Source: Promethearchaeota archaeon
GTDB lineage: Archaea; Asgardarchaeota; Lokiarchaeia; Sigyniarchaeales; SOKP01
Reading direction: 5' to 3'
NCBI GenBank assembly: GCA_019058365.1
Contig: JAHPZE010000005.1
Location: forward strand, 96,001 to 160,000
DNA length: 64,000 bases
Each line of letters opens with the position of its first letter. The stretch's first letter is position 1. A program made the position numbers and the translations under genes. Under the pieces are notes generated by a model that was given only the letters and a program-made list of their open reading frames with translations, ran no database searches and was not told where the DNA came from. Shown piece after piece: positions 49,200 to 59,100 of the stretch.

Positions 49200-52100
49200 A
49201 TGACACAAATAAAGCTAATTTTTAAATATGCATTCCAAGATTTAAGTAAACAAAAGATTAGAACCTTACTAGCAATAATAGGAATGTTAATTTCCATTGG
49301 CTTGTTAACTGTCGTCTTATTCTTATCTGACTCTATTTCTATGGGGTATGCAGATTATCTTACCATTGAAGCAGGTAATCAAGATGCTGTTATCTCTGTA
49401 AGACATTATTACGAAGAACCAAGTAATAGATCATCGTATTTTGACTATGATCCCCTAATTGAGACTATTCAATCTTCAACTAGTATTATAGAGAATTTTA
49501 TCCCGAGAATGGAAATAACGGGATCTGTTAATATTTCCGAAGGTTTCCATACCACAAATCTACTAGATGAAGAAGAATCGTGTATAATATCAGCAATTAA
49601 TTTTTCTTTTGAAAATGATATAAATTTTGGGACATTTGTAAGTCCAGTATTTAATAAATTACTTGATTTAACTGAATTACCTTCAAATCATTGTGCAATC
49701 TATTATGGGTTTAATGATGTTATCAAATATTCTGAAGGTAATACCATTAAAATATTCATGGAATTAACTAATGGAAATACAACAATAAATCGAACAAAAT
49801 CTTTAATAATTGATAAAATCTTTGATTTCAATTTAAAATGGTCTGCTGAGTATCGTAGTAGGAATTTAATTATAGTAGATATTAATACGCTATACCAAAT
49901 TTTTGGTTATGACGAATTTAAGGGTAAATGTAGCGATTTGATATTAACTTTTAAAGAATCTAGTAAACTCTATGATATTAGGAGTATTGAATTAGCTACG
50001 ATAAATGTAAAGAATATTGTTAATGATATTCAAATTGCAATAGGAATTGATGAATATAGCATTGATTTACCTAAATTAAGAGCATTATCATCTGCTGAAT
50101 TTTTAAGTGTATTTATAGTTATAGTGTTTGTGTTTGTTTCAATTGTAGCTATGCTAATTTCCGGTGTTCTCATCAATGGAATATTAAAAACTTCAGTGGA
50201 GGAGCGAATTCGAGAATTTGGGATATTCAGAACGTTAGGTGCGAATAAAAAGTATAATCTTATGATAGTATTGATGCAAGGCTTTTTATTATGCAATTTT
50301 GGGGCAATTTCAGGAATAATAACTGCATTTTTTCTTTCCATATATGTAATAATACCTTTTGCAAATACTGTGGTTTCCGGCAGTATGTTAGGTTTAGGTA
50401 CAATACCTTTCTCTTTCACTTGGTGGTCTGTTATAATATCATATATCATGGGTATTAGTGTGGGGATGATTGTGAGTATCGCTCCTGCTTTAAAAGTGAT
50501 GCGTCTTCAATTGATTGAATCAATTCATCCATATCGCCATGAAGATACATTATATCATCTACAAAAAAAAGCATCAGTAAATTACAAATTAATCTTAGCA
50601 GGATTAATTTTGGCATTTAATGGTATATTTGTGTTTTTTGTTATACCGAGAATTATGGTTGCGAGTGATATGACTCTCTTTGCTGGTACATTGGTTGCAA
50701 TTTTACTTATATTTAATATTGGATTAACTCTTGCTGGATTAGGTTTAATTCCTCTAATATTAAGGTTAATAATTCAATTATTCAGACCAATATCAAGAAG
50801 ATTGCATAATATTATTAAGATTTTTGTTTTTCGATATCAACGTAGAAATTCGAGTACTATCATGATCTTTGCATTGTCTTTCTCTTTTGTTATTTTTACA
50901 TCATCTCTAGTTAATACTTTATCAGCACAAGTTGGTGCTTCAACTAAATTAAGATATGGATCAGACATCTTAATTGAAACTACTGGATGGAAAGAACTCG
51001 AAAATGGATTTGGAGGGGGTGGTTTTGGTTTCATGGCTACTAGTGAGGATTCAGAACAATCCGGTTTAAATTTGTATAGTACTCAAACATATCTTGATTC
51101 TATTAATCCAAATAGAATCATTACAACGGAGTTTGGACAAGAATTATTAGCTATGGATGGCATTGAGAAAGTGTCATCTGTGTTAGCAAGACCTTATCAA
51201 TTAACTCAAATTTATGCTGGAGAGGATAAAGAATTTGTGGCAGAAATTGGGGATTTTGCCGGATTAAGTACGCAAGAGATAACTTTAATAGGAATTGATG
51301 AAGAATATCCTTTCACAGTGAAAAGTGAGTACATAGAAATGACTTCTGGAAATGTAATTACCTCCTTTAACGATCTATTTCATAATAATCAATCGTATAC
51401 CTGCATAATTTCTGAAGCAATAGCTTTAGCAATGTCTTTATTAATTGGTGATAAAATTCGAATTGTAATCCAAAGAGGAGACGAATTAGAAGTGTATCCT
51501 TTCATAATAGCAGGAACCGCGAAAAGTATGCCGGGATTTTCTCGAGAATTTAGTGGATCAAGTACGGGGGCTTCGAATGGAGGGGTGTTAATCTCTCAAG
51601 CAACATATATCGAAATAATGGATATTCCTCCTGTCCCTTATTTGGATAGAATTTTCATTAAACTTAGAGAAGATAAATTATCAGAAGCTCATAATATAGA
51701 GGATTTAATTGATGAATATTATCAAACTGATTATAATTATGAAATATCCAATCTAGCAAGAATGATAGCACAACAAGAATCCGCATTTTCTGTATTAGAT
51801 ACTCTTTTTACTCTCATAGCTCTTACTACAGTATTTATTTGTATTTTTGGATTGCTATCTTCATCTTATTCAACTATTATTGAAAGGAAGAAAGAAATCG
51901 GTATTGTTCGAACTTTAGGGTTAAAAGGTAGAGATATTAATCGCTTATTTATAATTGAATCCTTAATAATTATGCTTAGTAGTGGAACTATAGGAATAAT
52001 TATAGGATGGGTAACTAGTTGGTTGGTTTCTTGGAATTTGTTGGGTACATTAGTGGGGATGCCAAATGTATTGTATGTTCCGTGGTTTAATATAATACTG

Positions 52101-52202
52101 ATCTATTTACTTTCTGTAATCATGATTTTTTTCGGAATGATAATATTGTTAAGAAAAGCCAGAAAACAGAAAATAGTTGAGATTTATAGAGAAACAATTT
52201 AA
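49200..52202 (+). CDS. FtsX/MacB-like ABC permease (internally duplicated)
   Basis: KIRTLLAIIG, EERIREFGIFRTLGA and IERKKEIGIVRTLG; two large extracytoplasmic domains. Confidence 0.92.
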   Translation: MTQIKLIFKYAFQDLSKQKIRTLLAIIGMLISIGLLTVVLFLSDSISMGYADYLTIEAGNQDAVISVRHYYEEPSNRSSYFDYDPLIETIQSSTSIIENFIPRMEITGSVNISEGFHTTNLLDEEESCIISAINFSFENDINFGTFVSPVFNKLLDLTELPSNHCAIYYGFNDVIKYSEGNTIKIFMELTNGNTTINRTKSLIIDKIFDFNLKWSAEYRSRNLIIVDINTLYQIFGYDEFKGKCSDLILTFKESSKLYDIRSIELATINVKNIVNDIQIAIGIDEYSIDLPKLRALSSAEFLSVFIVIVFVFVSIVAMLISGVLINGILKTSVEERIREFGIFRTLGANKKYNLMIVLMQGFLLCNFGAISGIITAFFLSIYVIIPFANTVVSGSMLGLGTIPFSFTWWSVIISYIMGISVGMIVSIAPALKVMRLQLIESIHPYRHEDTLYHLQKKASVNYKLILAGLILAFNGIFVFFVIPRIMVASDMTLFAGTLVAILLIFNIGLTLAGLGLIPLILRLIIQLFRPISRRLHNIIKIFVFRYQRRNSSTIMIFALSFSFVIFTSSLVNTLSAQVGASTKLRYGSDILIETTGWKELENGFGGGGFGFMATSEDSEQSGLNLYSTQTYLDSINPNRIITTEFGQELLAMDGIEKVSSVLARPYQLTQIYAGEDKEFVAEIGDFAGLSTQEITLIGIDEEYPFTVKSEYIEMTSGNVITSFNDLFHNNQSYTCIISEAIALAMSLLIGDKIRIVIQRGDELEVYPFIIAGTAKSMPGFSREFSGSSTGASNGGVLISQATYIEIMDIPPVPYLDRIFIKLREDKLSEAHNIEDLIDEYYQTDYNYEISNLARMIAQQESAFSVLDTLFTLIALTTVFICIFGLLSSSYSTIIERKKEIGIVRTLGLKGRDINRLFIIESLIIMLSSGTIGIIIGWVTSWLVSWNLLGTLVGMPNVLYVPWFNIILIYLLSVIMIFFGMIILLRKARKQKIVEIYRETI

Positions 52203-52214
52203 GGAGATAGAGAA

Positions 52215-55200
52215 ATTAAATTAAAAAATTTGATTATGATTTTTGTGTTATTTAATATGATTTTTCTTACACCTATAGTTTCAATTATAAATATAGATAA
52301 TAAAAATGTATTTACAGAACAAGATTATGTATCACCGTTTAATGAAGCTTATTTGAAATCTTCTGATATTGCTGGATCAGATCTTTATGCCGAAAAAATA
52401 AATGCATTTGTAGCGGGTAATAAATCAATAATAAAACAGTCACTTTTCACAAATGATACAAATATACTTTCAGAATTTGATTCAAATGATCCCGCATTTT
52501 ATAAATGCAATGTAATTATTAGTGCTTCAAATGGAATTAATCCAGAAATTTTTCCAACTATACTAACTGAGAGTGATATCTCTTCACAGTTTGCTGTTGG
52601 TTTCAATAATTTTGTAGGATTTCTCTATTATGATGAAGATTTGGATAAAGAGGATGCTTGTTTGAGAGCAGAAAGAGCGCTTGAGATAATTCGAAGAAAA
52701 TTTATGATTGATCTTATTATGATTAATGTAACAGCACCTAATTTCTTCCCATTTATTGGATCTTATCCCAATTGGAATTGTTTTTACGAGGAACTCACTA
52801 AAAATTTTCCTATGGATGGGTATTGGAAAGCATTGGATATTAATCGCTTAACTAACCAAGAATATCTAGAAAATTATCATGTTTCCTCAACATTCATGCT
52901 TCTAAATTCACTAGATTTTTTTGAAGGGGATTTTAATATTGGAACAGATCAAGTTAATTTTAATACTGAATCTTTAGATCTATCTTTCTTAGAAAGTTTG
53001 GAAATAGAAAATCTAGTTGAACAATTAGGTTCAGCTTTAGAAAATTTTGGAGACTTATTCAACGCTACAATTTCAGAAGATTCATTAGAACAATTCATTA
53101 ATATTTTTAGCTCATTTACCCTTAAAAATAACTCACATTATACAAGTATATCAATTCAATATGAAGGTTTAAATAAAGGTATCCAAAAGATTGGAAAAAA
53201 TCAATATAAGTTCAATTTATGGGACGCAATGGGTTATCAAGGAAGTCCATTAGCCCCTAGTAAAAAGATATATATTGCATTAACGGGAGCTTTAATGAGT
53301 GAAATTAAAATAAATATTTTATGTACAGATGTCATTGATATAACTCCAAAATATTTTGATTTTTATGAGTATCTTCTAGAACAAATAGGGTTACTTTTTT
53401 ATTATGCTGGTATTGAATTTGATGCACAAAGCCTTGAGAATTACTCCTTTGAACTATTATGGTTGAATAAAGAGGGAATTAAACAATCATATGTTAAACC
53501 TATAAATAGGGAAAATCCTTCAGACATTGTAAATATGCTGCAACAATTAGGTTTTCAAGGATTTTCCTATATTCCCACTGGTATTGTGAATCCAATAGAA
53601 AGTTTGATTATAACTTATAATATTTCTAATTCAGAACCAAATTTATTACTCAAAAAAGAATTAATTGGAGGAAATGCGTCATATGGTGCGTTTCGAGATT
53701 TTTCATATAATGTTTCTGCTGAAAATATCGGAAGTAAAACTGCGTGGGGTGTACCTACCCCAATTGCTTTAGAACTTGATTACTTCTTCCAAATAATAAG
53801 TCCATTTTTTTGGGAAAATCTTAAAAATGATATGTGGAATGTTATCAAAATTGAATATCCAAATCAATACGAATCTTTAGAGGATTTTTTCAATTTTGAT
53901 GAAGATCCTCGTATTTTTTACTTTGATTCATTTGGAGTAGGTACTTACGATAATTATTATCCTGATCTTCTTAATATAACAAATTTATGGCCTTATAATG
54001 AAGATGTAGGTGAGATTATTGATATAGTCTATAGCGAAAGCCCATTTTATTTTACATTGCCTCCTGATACTGTTAAAGAATTTACTATGAATGAAAATAG
54101 TATTTGGAATGATGATAATTGGAGGTTAGATCCCGGAGAGATAATATCATACCATATTGATAATTATTCGATTTCAAATTTAGATTCTTTTACTCCTTTT
54201 TATAGGAATAACTTTTCTATTGATACATCTCCAGAAACCCCAGAAATTATCTCAGGTACACAGATTGCGGGAACAATTCCAGAAATGGCTTTAACAGCCG
54301 ATAACTATAGTTGGATAATTGAATCAGATGAAAAATTTTTAGATCAAAAAATTGAGATTGATTTTATTTTTAAAAATAATACAATTATTGATTTTGTTAA
54401 TAACACTTTAGAAAATGTTTCTATAATAATAGATTTTAATGTGTCTGAAAATATTGGTTCTATTAATTTTGAAATTTTTAATTTTGATACTGAGGAGTTT
54501 CAAGATTTGAGTCCATATTTAGATTCAATTATAAATAATACTCGGACTTTTTCAATTGTTAGCTTTAACGAAAGTCTTGATTGGCTTTTTTATCCATTAG
54601 ATAATAAAAATTATACAGCTGTAATTAAAATCATCTGCACTGATCCAGAACCGTTTAACATTTCAATCAATAATCTGGATATTGAATTTTCCACAAGAGA
54701 CATTAATTTTAATGAAGATTCAGGAGCTAGAGTTATATATAGCTCTTCAACGGGATATGTCCAATATGAAAGACAATCTAATTCAATTCCTCTTAGTACA
54801 TATAACGCAGCTTCAATAATAGCTTCATCATATCTAACCAAATACAATGCAAAGCCAGGAGAATTAAATACATATACTCTTACTTTTAAGAATATTGGTT
54901 CTGCTATTGCTAAAAATGTAAGTATTTCTTTGCTAACTCCAGGTATAATGGAAAATTTGAATAATTTTACACTTAAAAATAGTAATTTAACTTATTATCT
55001 TTCAAAACTAGCACCTTCTGAAGAAAAAACCGTATATTTTACGTTCTATGTGCCTAATTCGATTTCTATTAGTGAAGTATCCATTTTTTATAATAATCCA
55101 ATGAATATTGAAGGGGAAAATTCTTCCAGAATTGAAAGTTTATCTAATGAGGTTTACATTTCTGCTCCAGTTAACTATGAAGATTTATTTCCCTTTGTCA

Positions 55201-56147
55201 GAGCTATTGAAATATATTATGGAGATAATGATATTGCTCCTGTTGTAGGGGATATATTTAATCTTACTGTAAATATTAAAAATGCAGGACCAATTGGATT
55301 TAATATATCAGATCTTAAAATAATCATGAATGATCAATTTGGTGATTTAAAAAAAATAGAGAATAACACAATAGATTTAATAAATATTGCCTATAATGAA
55401 ACCTCTTCTTTTACTATTACTTTAAAAAAGAGTGGGTGGAGAGGATATTATTATCCTCCTATTAACTTCATTGAAAGTTCAGAAGGTAGGACACTACAGA
55501 TTTATAGTTCTTTATCCAAGATATTAGGAAAAATCAGTTTTTCAATTGTTAAAAATGTAAGTAAAGATCAAATTGAGATTGGAGAAATCATAACTGTGAA
55601 TATCGAAGTGCGAAATACAGGGACTATTAGCATTGAGAATATAATTATTAATGATATGATTAGTTATTCACAGTCAGATTTCTCATTATCAGAAGGAAAA
55701 TTAGTTAATCTAATTATTTCATTGGATCCAGGTGAGAAAGTTACTATTAATTATTCTCTAAAGGCAAAAAGGCAAGCTCTTGTCAGTTTAAACCCAGCAT
55801 TTATAAAATATTATTACCTACATGAACTTGAAGACACTTCTAATAAAATCTTAGTTAAGATTATTACTCCTAAATTTAGACAATATTCATATATTACTTT
55901 ACCAATTTTAATTGTTTTCTTAATTTTGATGCTATATATCTGGCAAATTAAAAAATATAAAAAGAAAAGAATCGAATTTCAGAGATCTGAGAGTTCTATT
56001 TTTGAACTCAGCTCAAGAGAAACAATCCTCAAAAAAGAATATACTTTAAGACAAAGATTACATATTTTATCCGACAAATCTAAAGAAAAAACATTTGATA
56101 TTAAAGTAAATGAACCTATTGACAAATCACTATATAAAAATGAATAA
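52215..56147 (+). CDS. Large membrane-anchored surface protein with C-terminal DUF11/CARDB/COG1361-like Ig domains
   Basis: Signal peptide (probable ATT start giving MKLKNLIMIFVLF; ORF track TTG 52230), Ig units YTLTFKNIG, NLTVNIKNAG, ITVNIEVRNTG...LDPGE, TM ITLPILIVFLILMLYIW, basic cytoplasmic tail. Confidence 0.75.
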   Translation: MKLKNLIMIFVLFNMIFLTPIVSIINIDNKNVFTEQDYVSPFNEAYLKSSDIAGSDLYAEKINAFVAGNKSIIKQSLFTNDTNILSEFDSNDPAFYKCNVIISASNGINPEIFPTILTESDISSQFAVGFNNFVGFLYYDEDLDKEDACLRAERALEIIRRKFMIDLIMINVTAPNFFPFIGSYPNWNCFYEELTKNFPMDGYWKALDINRLTNQEYLENYHVSSTFMLLNSLDFFEGDFNIGTDQVNFNTESLDLSFLESLEIENLVEQLGSALENFGDLFNATISEDSLEQFINIFSSFTLKNNSHYTSISIQYEGLNKGIQKIGKNQYKFNLWDAMGYQGSPLAPSKKIYIALTGALMSEIKINILCTDVIDITPKYFDFYEYLLEQIGLLFYYAGIEFDAQSLENYSFELLWLNKEGIKQSYVKPINRENPSDIVNMLQQLGFQGFSYIPTGIVNPIESLIITYNISNSEPNLLLKKELIGGNASYGAFRDFSYNVSAENIGSKTAWGVPTPIALELDYFFQIISPFFWENLKNDMWNVIKIEYPNQYESLEDFFNFDEDPRIFYFDSFGVGTYDNYYPDLLNITNLWPYNEDVGEIIDIVYSESPFYFTLPPDTVKEFTMNENSIWNDDNWRLDPGEIISYHIDNYSISNLDSFTPFYRNNFSIDTSPETPEIISGTQIAGTIPEMALTADNYSWIIESDEKFLDQKIEIDFIFKNNTIIDFVNNTLENVSIIIDFNVSENIGSINFEIFNFDTEEFQDLSPYLDSIINNTRTFSIVSFNESLDWLFYPLDNKNYTAVIKIICTDPEPFNISINNLDIEFSTRDINFNEDSGARVIYSSSTGYVQYERQSNSIPLSTYNAASIIASSYLTKYNAKPGELNTYTLTFKNIGSAIAKNVSISLLTPGIMENLNNFTLKNSNLTYYLSKLAPSEEKTVYFTFYVPNSISISEVSIFYNNPMNIEGENSSRIESLSNEVYISAPVNYEDLFPFVRAIEIYYGDNDIAPVVGDIFNLTVNIKNAGPIGFNISDLKIIMNDQFGDLKKIENNTIDLINIAYNETSSFTITLKKSGWRGYYYPPINFIESSEGRTLQIYSSLSKILGKISFSIVKNVSKDQIEIGEIITVNIEVRNTGTISIENIIINDMISYSQSDFSLSEGKLVNLIISLDPGEKVTINYSLKAKRQALVSLNPAFIKYYYLHELEDTSNKILVKIITPKFRQYSYITLPILIVFLILMLYIWQIKKYKKKRIEFQRSESSIFELSSRETILKKEYTLRQRLHILSDKSKEKTFDIKVNEPIDKSLYKNE

Positions 56148-56159
56148 TAGGGATATAAA

Positions 56160-59100
56160 ATGAGAAGAAAACAAACATATTGCATTCTAATATTGTTAAT
56201 TCTTTCAATGTCAATATCTGGTTTATTTTTTAATGAAATAAATTCAAAAGAGAGCTCAATCGATTTATCAGAAAATTTGAATGATGAATCTAATCCAATA
56301 GTCTCAAATAATTATCAAAAGAATATTATTGTTTTTTTCAATTCACCATCTTATAGTGATACAGTAAAGGATCGTTTTGAGTTCTATGGTGGTACAATAA
56401 AAAAAGAATGGAATAATCAATTCGACTCGATTTCAGGATTTGCTGGTTATATGCCTCTTGAAATAAATCTAATTGGGTTTCAAAATGAGTTTCCTGAAGC
56501 TAAAATAGAAAATGATGAGATTTTGGAGGCTCAAATGAATTATGCATCTGTTCAATCAGGAGCTATTAATACTACATGGTATTTGAATGGCTTAAAAGGT
56601 AATACTAATTCTTCCATAGCAGTGTTGGATACTGGAATTAACCCTAATCATGATTTCTTGAGAGGTGTTATTGTTGGTTGGGAAAATTTTGTTGACATAC
56701 AACCGATATCAGATGATAATGGCCATGGAACTTTTATCTCATCTGTTATTGCTGGGACTGGTAAGGATAAGTATGATTCAAATTATCCTTCAACAATCAA
56801 AATTAAGGGGAATTATTCTCACATAGAATTATTTGATGAATATTCAGTTTCAAAAAATTATACTCTAAAAATAATTTCATTTAATGCATCAAAAGTAGGT
56901 TCAAATATTATAATTAATTCATCATGGAATTTGGAAGATGGTGGAATAGATAACTTCTGGGTTGAATTATATTATGATAATACGCTTGTTAATTATTCTC
57001 ATAATGAAATTCAAGATACCAATTATACAATAAACCATCCACTTACATTAGATAATATAGGTGTTTATGATATATATATAAAATACCATAAATTGCTTCA
57101 AGCTAAGCCAATTTTCTCATTTAATTCAAAAATTTCTTATTTTCCTGAAGTATATACCGAAAATAGAAATCATTTTACAGGTATCGCAAATGCTACTAAA
57201 ATTGTCGCTTATAAAATTTTAAATCAATCTGGAATGGGATGCACTTCTGATTTAATATCCGCATTCGCAAGTGTTATACAAAACAGAAGTAAATATCATA
57301 TAGTAAGTGTTTGTTTAAGTGTTGGCACTTTAGGAGAAGATATAGAAGCAGTAAATTCTGTAATAAATGAAGTAATAGAGAAGGGTATCTTAGTGGTAAT
57401 TGCAGCTGGAAATACAGGCATAGAAATCTCAGATTCACTGAATAAATTAGCTGAAAACAAAAACGCTATTGTTGTTGGTGCTACAAATGATAAAGATCAA
57501 GTTACCTCTTACAGTAGTATGGGAAAAGAAATCGATAGTATCATTAAACCTGATATTGTTGCTCCTGGTGGTAGCAAGATACCTAATCATCGTTCAGTAA
57601 TTGCTGCTGATAAAGAAATAGATAAAGCTACATCTTCTTATGGAACTTCAATTGCTACAGCTATAGTCTCTGCTTCGATTAATCTTTTGATAGAAGCAAG
57701 ATGGGATACATGGAATCAATGGAATAATCTAAATTTAACAGAATGGGTTAAATACATAAAGGCATTTCTCTTAATGACTGCTTCAGAAACTAACCTTGAA
57801 AGAGAGGACGACCCGGCTACCACGATTGATGAAAGTTCCTACTCTCCATCTTTATCTCTTGCTCCTTTGACAAGTGGTTTAAAAGATATTCATGAAGGTT
57901 ATGGTAGATTAAACATTCAAGCTGCCATTGATGCTCTAACAAAAATTATTAAGGTAAATAATTCAATTAATGGAAATTTATTAAGTTCACAAGAAGATCC
58001 TTTAGGAACACATGTGTTTGCTCGACAAGTTGAGCTGATTGAGGATGTCCAATATAATTTTAGTTTATCAACAGCAGATTCACATGCTAATTTTAATATG
58101 TTTCTGTTTTCAAATGAATCAAATCAGTATGGAGAACCGATTTTATTAGGGTCTTCGAGAAAATGGTATAGTAATTTTGATAACTTCTATTTTATTCCAA
58201 AGAATAATCAAACCAATTGCGTAATCGTTGTTAAAGCAATTGAGGGAAACAGTGATTTTACCTTGAATATATCTATTGTAGAAAATTATTTTACACCAGA
58301 ATTGAAAATACCCGAAATAAATTATTTGGGAGGTTCTAAAAATACAACTGTAATGAGTCTCCAAGAATTAATGGGAAATGAACCTAAAAAGAACTATAGT
58401 ATTGATAGCTATAGGTTTTATATTGAATATTATGATAATGATACTTCCAATGTTCCTCCACAAGAAGTTTATGTCTCCATTATAGAAACTTCTGAAAACT
58501 ATACTTTAACTCAATACTACCCTACTGATAACAATTATACTGATGGAGCCTTATTTGTAAGTGATTATGTTCAATTTTCTAAACCAAGAATATATCAATA
58601 TTTTTTCGTTGCTAGCGATGGTAAATTTAAAACGCTCTATCCAGAAACAGGTTGCCTTAACATAACAATTGAGTTTCCTACGGATAGTATCCAATTCCCG
58701 CATCAATATAGTTTTAATGAAGGAATTGGTAATTGGAGCTATACAGGTACTGGATGGGAATTACTTAACCAAAGCAATGATATTGATAATAGATCTAGGA
58801 TATATGAGAATTCATGGAATTCTTTATATTTTGGAATATACCATAATTATCCAAGGAACTATACATATCAACCCATTAACCTGATTGAAGATCCCTTCCC
58901 AAATGGTTCTTTAATAAGCCCTTTATTTAACTTAACAAATATTAATGAGAACACTACAAATCCGTATGCTAAATTTGGATTAAGAACAAGTATAAATGCT
59001 GGAGACTTTATTTATTTACAGATCAATCTAAATTGGACTGGTTGGATAACTTTAAAAACATATACTAACGTAGAGGATGAATGGTTTTTGGAAGAAATAA

